This document shows positions 12,590 through 23,129 of a DNA stretch of 64,000 nt, piece by piece. The stretch spans positions 16,988,001 to 17,052,000 of the forward strand of contig NC_043015.1 of the NCBI RefSeq assembly GCF_006345805.1, in the 5' to 3' direction. Both the position numbers and the translations under genes were made by a program. How positions within the stretch are numbered: position 1 is the stretch's first letter; the number at the start of each line of letters is the position of its first letter. The notes under the pieces were generated by a model that worked only from the letters and a program-made list of their open reading frames with translations, made no database searches and was not told where the DNA came from. This DNA is from Octopus sinensis. Its lineage: Eukaryota.

Positions 12590-13922
12590 AGTGTAAGCTA
12601 TGAACACATAAGAGGTGCAGTAATATCAAAGGAAGGCTAACTGGGAAGATAGTTTTGTATGTGGCAGATGCTCGGGAGAAATAAGCACTGAAAATGCGCA
12701 GAGAACAACTTCCGCCACATTCCAGGGAGAAAAACTAAAAGTAGTTGATAGCTTCTGTTACCTAGGTGACCAAGTCAGTAGCGGAGGTGGGTGCGCTGAA
12801 AGTGTAGCTGCTAGAATAAGAATAGCCTGGGCTAAGTTCAGAGAGCTCTTACCTCTGCTGGTGACAAAGGGCCTCTCACTCAGAATAAAAGGTAGACTGT
12901 ATGACGCTTGCGTACGAACAGCCATGCTACATGGCAGAGAAACATGGGCCGTGACTGCTGAGGACATGTGTAAGCTCACAAGGAATGAAGCCAGTATGAT
13001 CCGATGGATGTGTAATGTTAGTGTGCATACTTGACAGAGTGTAGGTACCTTGAGAGAAAGGTTGGAACTAGGAAGCATCAGATGTGGTGTGCAAGAGAGA
13101 TGACTGCGCTGGTATGGTCATGTGGCGAGAATGGAGGAGGATGGCTGTGTGAAAGAGTGCCACACCCTAGCGGTTGAGGGAACCTGTAGAAGAGGTAGAC
13201 CTGGGATGAGGTGATGAAGCACGACCTTCGAACATTAGGCCTCACTGAGGAAATGACTAGCGACCGAAACTTTTAGAAATATGCTGTGCTTGCGAAGACC
13301 CGTGACCTGTGGCCCATGCCAGGAGCATAACCAGCCCGCTAATGCGTACCTTTCCCTTCTTTGGACACTAAACTCTGCTTGCGAAGACCTGTTGAGGCAA
13401 GTGAAATCAAAATCACATTCGATGGCTGGCATCCGTACTAGCAGGGTGCAAAGAGCACCATACGAGCGTGATCATTGACAGAGCGGCTAATGGATTCCGT
13501 GCCAGTGGCACATATAAGGCACTGTTCGAGTGTAATCGTTACTGCGTCACCTTACGGGCACTTGTGCCTGTGCTAGTAGGGTGCCAAGAGCACCATCCAA
13601 GTGTGATCGTTGCCAGAGCAGCCAACTGGCTTCTGTGCTGGTGGCACGTAAAAGGGAACCATTTGAGCATGATCGTTGCCAACGTCGCCTTACTGGCACC
13701 TGTGCTGGTGGCATGTGTAAAAAGATTCGAGCAAGGTCATTGCCAGTACCGCCAGACTGGCACCCGTGCTGGTGGCACGTAAAAAGCACCCACTACACTC
13801 TCGGAGTGGTTGGCGTTAGGAAGGGCATCCAGCTGTAGAAACTCTGTGGTTCACCAGCCCTCCAAAATCGTCCAACCCATGCTAGCATAGAAAGCAGATA
13901 TTAAACGATGATGATGATGATG
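12590..13922 (+). mobile_element. 5'-truncated RTE-clade LINE, inverted relative to 10378-11612
   Basis: Begins within KL*THKRCSNIKGRL; contains VVDSFCYLG, HG.ETWAV, RWYGHV; ends attaaacgatgatgatgat. Confidence 0.9.
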
Positions 13923-14746
13923 ATATATATATTCATACATATATATACACACACACACATATATATATATACACATATACATACATACATTTATATATAT
14001 ACATGCATATGTACATATATACACACACACACACTCTCATATATACATACATACATATATATATATCAATAGCCACTACACACATTTTTTTTCTGTCCTT
14101 GTTTCTTTGTGTTCCTTTCTGTGGAAGAGCGTAGGCTCGAAACGTAAAAGACTTTTTCAGTTCCTGAGCGTTATACTAATACATCAGTTTGTTTTCTACA
14201 CCACTTGTCTTTGCCTTTTGTTTTTTTCGTGAATTCTCCCTAATATTTTTATAAACAAACCCAAAAGGCTTTGAGAGTTATGGAGAGAAAGCTACTATGG
14301 AAGGCTTATAGTATAATAACTGTATGTAATATATATATCTTAATGATATTTATTCTCTGATTTTGAAGCAACAATTTTTAAATATAAACCAAAAATTGAT
14401 GAGCTCACCTCAGGCTGAATTGAACCCACAAATTGATGCTTTCATGGCTCCTTGCAAATCTGACCATCAATTTCAGTCAAATTTAGTTAATATATACTTA
14501 AACTGTCTTAATACTATATAAATAATATTTTTATAAACAAACCTGAAAGACTTAGCGAGATATGGAGAGAAAGCTACTATGGAAGGCTCATAGTATAATC
14601 GTCGTGAGGCTTGTATATCCTACACCTGAAGAATTCTGGTTTTGGCTTGGAACCGGACAGTGTTGATAACCCAGTATTCAGGTCAAGTGCTTCTCTGGAA
14701 ATACCCCAGCTTCACACCCCACCTGACCGTAGCCATTCATATATAT

Positions 14747-14778
<32 letters not shown>

Positions 14779-14819
14779 CATGCATGCATGCATACATACA
14801 TACATACACATACAGATAT

Positions 14820-15240
14820 ATCATCATCGTTTAATGTCTGTTTTCCATGTTGGCATGGGTTGGACCGTTCAACTGGGGTCTGGGAAGCCAGGAGGCTGCA
14901 TCAGGCTCCAATCTGATTTGGCAATGTTTCCACAGCTGAAAACCCTTCCTAACGCCAACCACTCTGAGAGTGTAGTGGGTGCTTTTTACGAACCACCGGC
15001 ACAGAAGCCAGTCAAGGCGGCACTGGCATCGGCCATGTTCGGATGCTGCTTTTTGCATGCTACTGGCACAGGGCTCACAACTACAATTTCCATTTGATTT
15101 GATTTTGATATTGCTGATTTTGATGTACTCGACTCAGTAGGTCTCCTCAAGCACGACATGTTGCCCTACGATCCAAGGTACTTTCGAGTGGGCTGGTTAT
15201 ATGACACTGGTGTAGGTTACAGCTGTGGACTCACTTTATT
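14820..15240 (-). mobile_element. RTE 3'UTR-only fragment
   Basis: Starts catcatcgtttaatg; contains cccttcctaacgccaaccactc. Confidence 0.8.
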
Positions 15241-15690
15241 TGAGTCAAGTGCATGTACATGAACATCGAAACAAATATCAATGGAAATAGTAGTTGTAAT
15301 ACCTGTGCCGGTGGCACGTAAAGAGCACCATCTGAACATGGCTGATGCCAGCGCCGCCTCAACTGGCTTCTGTGCCAGTGGCACATAAAAAGCACCATCT
15401 GAACGTGGCCGATGCCAGCACCGCCATGGCTGGCTTCTGTGCCGGTGGCACGTTAAAAGCACCAACCGATCATGGCCGATACCAGACCCCCTGGCACCTG
15501 TGCAGGTGGCATGTAAAACGCACCCACTACACTCGTGGAGTGGTTGTCGTTAGGAAGGGCATCCAGCTGTAGAAACACTGCCAGATCAGACTGGGGCCTG
15601 GTGCAGCCCCTGGCTTCCCAGGCCCCGGTCGAACCGTCCAACTCGTGCTAGCGCGGAAAACGGACGTTAAACGATGATGATGATGATGAT
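15241..15690 (+). mobile_element. RTE 3'UTR-only fragment with about 68-bp tandem units
   Basis: Repeated ggcacgtaaaaagcaccatctgaacgtggccgatgccag; ends cggacgttaaacgatgatgat. Confidence 0.8.
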
Positions 15691-15790
15691 ATATATATAT
15701 ATATATACATATATAAATAAATATATATAAATAATATATATACAAATAGAATCATTTTGATTATGTATATATAGTATACATATATATAAT

Positions 15791-15822
<32 letters not shown>

Positions 15823-15851
15823 CACACACATATACATATATTTATATTATA

Positions 15852-16021
15852 TAGAGGGCATTATTACACATAGATGCCTCACGCTAGGAAGGACTCTTAA
15901 AGTCAAAACTACTAAAATAAATAAACATATCATACCGAAACCAATTCTCGAAGCAGGTCATTTAAAGACAGAGGCATCTATGCGTAATGCATGACACATC
16001 TATGTGTAATAGTGCCCTCTA
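15852..16021. mobile_element. 170-bp MITE inside a TA microsatellite
   Basis: 25-bp TIR tagagggcattattacacatagatg vs catctatgtgtaatagtgccctcta (1 mismatch), plus a subterminal gaggcatctatg repeat. Confidence 0.8.
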
Positions 16022-16248
16022 TATAATATAATATAAATAAATAAATTTAAAGGAAAAAAATTATTTCGTCGATTTATGCAAACCTTTTTGTTTTTTTATC
16101 ACAGAGCAAAGCAACACGTCTTTACCCTACGAAAACCGGAAGTAATATGTATATATATATATGTATATCATCATCATCATCATCATGTATATATGTATAT
16201 GTATATGTATATATATATGTATATATATATATATGTATATATATATAT

Positions 16249-16279
<31 letters not shown>

Positions 16280-16386
16280 ATATATATATCACCGTGACCG
16301 ACCAGGCTATCAGATGTTGCTACACATCGCTGGTCACAATGCGCTTTGCATTGTTTTAGAGTTCAAATGACGCCACCCCGCTGGCT

Positions 16387-16486
16387 NNNNNNNNNNNNNN
16401 NNNNNNNNNNNNNNNNNNNNNNNNNNNNNNNNNNNNNNNNNNNNNNNNNNNNNNNNNNNNNNNNNNNNNNNNNNNNNNNNNNNNNN
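16387..16486. other. Assembly gap (100 N)
   Basis: Run of exactly 100 N. Confidence 1.
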
Positions 16487-17085
16487 GTGCTGGCATCGGC
16501 CACGTTCGGATGGTGCTTTTTATGTGCCACCGGCACAGAAGCAGGGTTGGCATTGGTCACGTTCGGATGGTGCTTACAGAAGCCAGTGGAGGCTGCACTG
16601 GCAACGACCTGTGTCACCGGCACAGGTATCACAACTACTGTTTCCATTGATATTTGGTTCGATGTTCATGTACATGCACTTGACTCAACAGGTCTCCTCA
16701 AGCACAGCGAGATGTTCCGGGATCCCACGATTGGTTGGTACTTTTTATGTGCCACCAGCACGTGGAGGCTGCTCTGGCAACGGCCTGTGTCACTGGCACA
16801 GGTATCACAACTACTGTTTCCATTGATATTTGGTTCGATGTTCATGTACATGCACTTGACTCAACAGGTCTCCTCAAGCACAGCGAGATGTTCCGGGATC
16901 CCACGATCGGTTGGTGCTTTTTATGTGCCACCGGCACAGAAGCCAGTCCAGGCGGTGCTGGCGTCGGCCACGCTCGGATGGTGCTTTTTATGTGCCACTG
17001 GCACAGAAGCCAGTCGGGCCGGTGCTGGCATCGGCCACGTTCGGATGGTGCTATTTATGTGCCACCGGCACAGAAGCCATTCGAC
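16487..17085 (-). mobile_element. RTE 3'UTR array with tandem duplications
   Basis: Repeated ggtgctttttatgtgccaccggcacagaagcc units and a duplicated about 180-bp block (gtatcacaactactgtttccattgatatttgg...gggatcccacgat). Confidence 0.8.
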
Positions 17086-17222
17086 GCGGGGTTGAAATTC
17101 AGATGAATATGGCACCTAAGTGAGGCACCAGAATTTAGTACGGTATTATCCATTCAATTTCAAAGTAAGGTAATTAAAATCAAAATAAGCAATAAGGATA
17201 TCCAGACGTAATGCAGTACGAT

Positions 17223-17440
17223 CATTTCATGCAACTCCATTTAATTGAACAATGCAATAATTACATCAATTCAAAATGCAAAGCAATCTTCAGCAGCACA
17301 AAGACATAGAATTTAATTAGATTAGAACAGATGGACACATTAGTATAATTATACCTAAAATCTCCAAGAAGTTAAGGAGATAGGCAAATAACATGCTGTC
17401 TCCATTTTAGAAGTTCAATTAAATGGAGTTGCATGAAACG
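17223..17440. mobile_element. 218-bp MITE
   Basis: 28-bp TIR catttcatgcaactccatttaattgaac / gttcaattaaatggagttgcatgaaacg (1 mismatch). Confidence 0.8.
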
Positions 17441-17540
17441 GTATATATATATATATATATACATATACAAATATATATCGATATACAAATATATATACAA
17501 ATATATATAGATATATACATATATATACATATGTCTCTCC

Positions 17541-17592
<52 letters not shown>

Positions 17593-19439
17593 CTCTCTCT
17601 ATATATATATATTTATTTATTTATAAATTTATATAGTTTTTAATATATTTATAAAACAAAAAATATATATATATATATACATACACATACATATACATAT
17701 ATATACACACATACACATATATACTAATATTGCGTGAAGTTAATATAAGAAAATGGAGAAGAAATATAGTGGATACTTATTTAATTTTATTTGTATCACA
17801 ATCAAATAAGGTAATACAAATAAGATTTAAAGGAACATAAGAAATAAGCATAAAATATGTCTACACGTTTCAATCTGGCCACTAAGTGAACACTGCTTCA
17901 GATCATTATGATTCAGACCATGTTCTACGTAAAAGAACCCCACAGTTTGACCAGATTTCATTTGGGTGAATGCTTACATAATGGAGGTAAACAACAAGCT
18001 ATGTAAGATGGATGAGAACTATATTTTCAAATATTCAAATAACATAAACAATAATCTGTTAATAAATATAAGATTTGGGGGTAATGAATCTTACTATGAT
18101 ACTATGATGTATTTGAAAAATATACTGTTATAGGTGTTAAGGGACATAAAGTAGTCATTTAAATAGAATATAGGCTGTTATGGGCGTTGAAGAAAATTGA
18201 GAGATGAAACAAATAAGGGTATAGAGAGGAATAGATTTTTCAGAGGAAAAAAGTGAAATGGGACTAAAATAGGGATAAACATAATTGATTTATGATATAA
18301 GATATAAAATATTAAGAAAGAAAAGTTTGTTATAATATTTTAAAGTTATAGTTAAGAGGGAAAAGTTATTCAATATTGTATACTGAAATAGTAATTTAGA
18401 ATGTATTTCATAGGAAAATTATTATTATTTAGCATTTTAATGGACTAACAGATACATTCCCTTATTCAGAGAAAAAGTATTAGATATATAAAAAAATTAT
18501 AGTATACATACTTCTAAGAGGAATTTAAATTTTGCTAAAAGATATGAGGTAGTTTTATAAAACTTGCTACATATTTCTAAAAGTATAATTGTAAATAAGA
18601 ATGGTGAGTAATCTCCCTTTGTGTGTGGTTAAATTGTTTCTAAGGATATTATGACAAACAGAAAGACTGCCCTCTGGGTAGTTTTCTGTTAATCCCTTGA
18701 TAATATTTTCATATTTGATTCCCAATTCTAATAATTTTTATATTTTATGTCTAATTATTTCTTTGTGCTCACTTGCTTAGTAAATATTGCTTTCATTATT
18801 TTATCAGTCATAATCTCTCTCATTTAAACAAACATCATGGTAGTCCAACAACAGAGGGAGAAGCATTTTATCAAGTTTTACCTTCTCTTCAAAGCAACAT
18901 AGAGATTACAATTCAGCAGCCTATCTGTAAGCTTTACAGTGTGTGTGTGAGAGAGAAAGAACATTACAAACAATAAATGAAATAAACATGAAATGAAAAA
19001 ATCGTATAAATAAAAGAGCATTACTACAAATGTGTACACCCCCGACTTTGTTACCTCATAACATCTGGAAAAATGGAAACATTTTAACAAAATTTTCTAC
19101 AAATATCACTTAGATGTTGTGGCTTCAGAGTATAAGGGATTTATGGGAGAGAATTTTTCCAAGTGGGTAGAGAGAGGAGTTTTGGAAAAGTCACACAATC
19201 TGATTTTTTTCCCTCAGAACTTTCAGGAAAATGAGTATCTTTTAATGAAAATTTATACAAATCCCTTTCAAATGGCATAGATTACGATTAGAAAGAAACT
19301 TTTGTGAAAAGCTTTTTCGGGGATTTTCCCCATTTTTTTTAAACCACAGCTTTTGAAATGATGGGATTGGGGAGGGGCATCTTTGTATGAGAAAAGTTTT
19401 GAAAACTGTTTTTTTTTTTACAGCCCCACTCACTCTAAT

Positions 19440-20490
19440 CATCTCACTCTGGACCTATTTTGGCCATTTTTTTTTGTACTTCAAAACCATGGGAAGAGCA
19501 TTTTCAGTAAAATTTTTTTTTAATTGTTAATATGTTCAGAGGGAAAAATTAGTGATTTAAGAGCAATTTGGCTATTGTTTCTAGCGCATCCAAAGACACC
19601 CCTCCTCATTTCTTTATCACTCTCACATATATTGATGTATTTCAACACCCCCTCCCATAAATACATTTATATGCTATAAAAAAGAAAATTTGAGAAATTA
19701 TAACTTTTTTGCAACCCCACTCCATGCCCCCAATTCTTTCTGTTTAGAAATTAAAATATTGGAGAGCCTGAGACGGTCATTGCTGGCATTTATCCACAGT
19801 GATTTTAAAAAATTACAGAGATGTACTTGCATAGCAAGTGACTTGAATTAGATCATGTGCTGAAACAAAAAAACAAGTGCAGTGTGGAAAATGTTTGTAG
19901 CCCATTCAAGAACACACAAATACAGTTTCACTTCAACATTTAAATTTCATTTGTGCCAAAATATTTTTGTTGCTTTGAAACTGCAACCTGTTCACTGGCA
20001 AAACTTCACAAAAATGATGCAGCACAAAGTTTTGTCAGTGAACAGGTCACGGTTTCAAAGCGATGAAAATATTTTCAAACAAATAAAATTTAAATGTTGA
20101 TGTGAAACTAACAGTTTTTGTGTGTTCTTGAATGGCTTACAAACTTCTTCCATGCTGCAATTGTTATTGATTTAAGAAAAGAGTTATGTAAACAATAATT
20201 CATTTTAATAGCACACTTTGCGGTTAGAAAATGTCTTTTCTTACACACACACAGCTTTGCTTGATTCAGGTGGGGGTAAACATTTAGATTAAATATTGAA
20301 AAAACATCAGTACATGTGAGAGTGAAAAGGGAGGGTGGTTTGGGTTGTGCTAGAAACAACAGTGAAACCCCCTTCAATTTTCCTCTGAAAATATTTACAA
20401 TTTTCTTTTTGTTCTTTTTTTTTTTTACCGAAAGGCTCCTCCCATGGTTTTTAAGTTAAAAAGGAAAATGGCCAAAATGGGTCTGGATGG
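19440..20490. mobile_element. About 1-kb degenerate foldback element with nested inverted arms
   Basis: 19445-19520 pairs with 20410-20490 (ggccatttt...aaaaccatggg); 19530-19670 with 20270-20390; 19890-19950 with 20080-20150. Confidence 0.65.
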
Positions 20491-20995
20491 TTATTATTGT
20501 AAGGCTTATAGTATTCCAAACAGCCATAATGACAAAATCACTTTCAAATTTTGTTAATAAAAATTATCAGGTATTTAAAAAAAATTTCATTCAATAAATA
20601 TTGTTTTTACACTACGTATACATTAATAGAATAAACTGTTGGTCTTCTAAATAGCAAATTAAAACTTAAAATGAAAACATTAAAAGAGAGAGTGAGAGAC
20701 TTTGCAAATGAAAATGGAATACTCCACAGTGAATGCAATGAATATTTATATTGGCAAGAAATTGGAGTTTAAAAAATTCAATAAACTTGAGAAATCGAAA
20801 TTATAGGGGATTTCTTCGAACATGAATTTATAAAAATATTTCCAGATGGTCAACCCTTTAATTATTGCTTTCTTTTAGCACTTTTAGTAATTGTTACATA
20901 CCTAATTAATAAGCAGCTTTCTCCATTATAGTATAGATGAAAATTATCATTTGTTTTACTAGAGAAGTATATTCATAAAATTTGTGGATGATATA

Positions 20996-21048
<53 letters not shown>

Positions 21049-21299
21049 GTGTATATACACATGGAATTTTATAGGTGAATATTTAGATAGATTAAAAGTT
21101 TCAATAGTTATTGATGTTGGTTTATAATATTTTAGAAAATAAAAGATTTTAAAACTTTATTAAATAATACTACTATCATTGTTTTAAATAGGAGTTATAT
21201 GTATACCTATAATATGGAAAAATGTAATGTATCCCCAAAGCATCAGATTATTAGTCCCAAACTTCACTATTATCATTGAGTAACATGGGTTGTTTTGCT

Positions 21300-22520
21300 T
21301 TCTAATAAGTGGGAATTTGTCAGAAGGCCTCCAGGAAAGTGAAACAACACAGGTTACACAACAAAAACAGTGAAGTTTGGGGGTAAGAATCTGATGCTTT
21401 GGGGATACATGAAAAGTGATGGTTCAAGAAAGTTGGTTAAAATTGACTATAACTCAAATAGTGCCAAGTACACCCAGTTGCTGAAGGGCAATTCAATACC
21501 AGACTTGGATGAAGGTGAGATTTTTCAGCATCATGGAGCTCCATGCCACAGATCATGTGCAATACAACAGTGTCTGGTTGATGAAGGTGTTACCATATTG
21601 AAAGATTGGCCAGCTCAGAGCCCTGACTTAAATATCATTGAGCAAATGTGGACAGAACTAAAGAGAAGATAATACAGTTCTATATTTAAGAGATGAGGAA
21701 TTATGTACATTTGACAGATATTTGTCCTCATCTTGTTTGTTGTTAACACAACGTTTCAGCTGATATACCCTCCAGCCTTCATCAGGTATCTTGGGGAAAT
21801 TTCAAACCTGGGTTCTCATTCCTAAGGTATTTTTCGATGTTGTTGTTGTTGTCATTATTATTATTATTATTATTATTCAGGTCACTGCCTGGAATCGAAC
21901 TGGGAATGTTGGGGTTAGTAGCCCACGCTCTTAACCACTATGCCATATAATAATAATAATAACAACAACAACATCGAAAAATACCTTAGGAATGAGAACC
22001 CAGGTTTGAAATTTCCCCAAGACACCTGATGAAGGCTGGGGGATATATCAACTGAAACATTTTGTTAATAACAAACAAGATGAGGACAAATATCCATGAA
22101 ATGTAAATAATCTAAAGAGAAGAGTTTGTCAAAAGAATCCATGCACTCTTGAAGAATTGTGGGAGATCAGCCACAGAGAATAGCATCTAATACCTGCGAA
22201 GATGGTGAAGGATTCGTATGCATCTCTTCCCAGGTGCATTGAAGCAATTATTAAAGCTAAGGGAAGCTACACAAAATATTAATGATGTTCAGTAACTTCT
22301 TGAAATGAACATAATGTAATAAATTTTCATTATAGACATTTTTCTGCTTTAAAACACTGTATCTTGATTGTTTTATGTGAGGTGGCTGAAAACTTTTGAT
22401 TAGGTATGAAAATGACTCCAACAGGAGTAAAAAATGCAATGTAAAACATCCACATATAATTTGACAATTAGTAGAAATTTACAATAGTTTAACGTGGTTG
22501 AAGAATTTTGCATGGTACTG
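21300..22520 (+). mobile_element. Tc1-family transposon remnant, interrupted at 21670-22111
   Basis: VKFGGKNLMLWG...FQHHGAPCH...WPAQSPDLNIIEQMWTELKRR|VCQKNP.TLEELW...IIKAKGSYTKY* (stop ends 22282); right TIR ...ttttgcatggtactg|ta. Confidence 0.85.
21670..22111 (-). mobile_element. tRNA-headed, Penelope-tailed insertion with long inverted repeats and a 12-bp TSD
   Basis: TSD ctaaagagaaga at 21658-21669 and 22112-22123; inverted arms about 21700-21876 and 21946-22111; loop on - has A-box tggcatagtgg and B-box gttcgattcc. Confidence 0.8.
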
Positions 22521-22587
22521 TATGTTAAAGCAATGGGCAAACATACACAAATGTGGCCTACTGACTTTGTGTTTTGATGACTTCCAG

Positions 22588-22947
22588 AAAAATAGATATT
22601 TTTAGTGAAATTTTTTCCAAATACATTTCAGATGGTGTATATTCTGATTACATCTGAATTTGTTGTAAAAGAAATGTTTTGGGGGGAGAAGTAGGGAGAG
22701 GAGTTTCAGAAAATTAAAATGAATCAGCTTATTTCTTCATAAGTTGCAGAAAAATGAAAATTTTTGGATGAAAATTCCTTCAGAGCATGTAGATGAAAAA
22801 AAAAAATTGGTGGGAAAGCACATACAGATATTGACATGCATCACATTTTTTTTAAAAAGTTTATTTCACAACAAATTCCAATATAATCAAAATCTACATC
22901 ATCTGAAGCATGTTTGTAGAAATTTCATTAAAAAGTATCGATTTTTC
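22588..22947. mobile_element. Degenerate MITE / foldback
   Basis: 22588-22670 is an imperfect reverse complement of 22865-22947. Confidence 0.55.
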
Positions 22948-23129
22948 TGAAGGTTACAAAGAAAGAAGAAAATTGTTGGAACACATGTGTAGGTATGTTG
23001 CAGCTAACTCTGGCTGGTTACTGTATATTATTGCGCACACTATACCAGGAGTTTCCATAGTAAACATGTCTTTTTAAAATTATAATTATATATATATCAT
23101 CATCCATCATTTTGTCTCCATTAACAGGG

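Noticed and set aside
16487-17085. CRISPR-like regularly spaced repeats
   Set aside because: The units are contiguous degenerate tandem repeats of a LINE 3'UTR with no unique spacers and no cas genes, in eukaryotic DNA.
21878-21946. Possible functional tRNA gene
   Set aside because: A and B boxes are present, but there is no acceptor stem or oligo-T terminator, and it lies inside a TSD-flanked insertion. It is treated as a SINE head.
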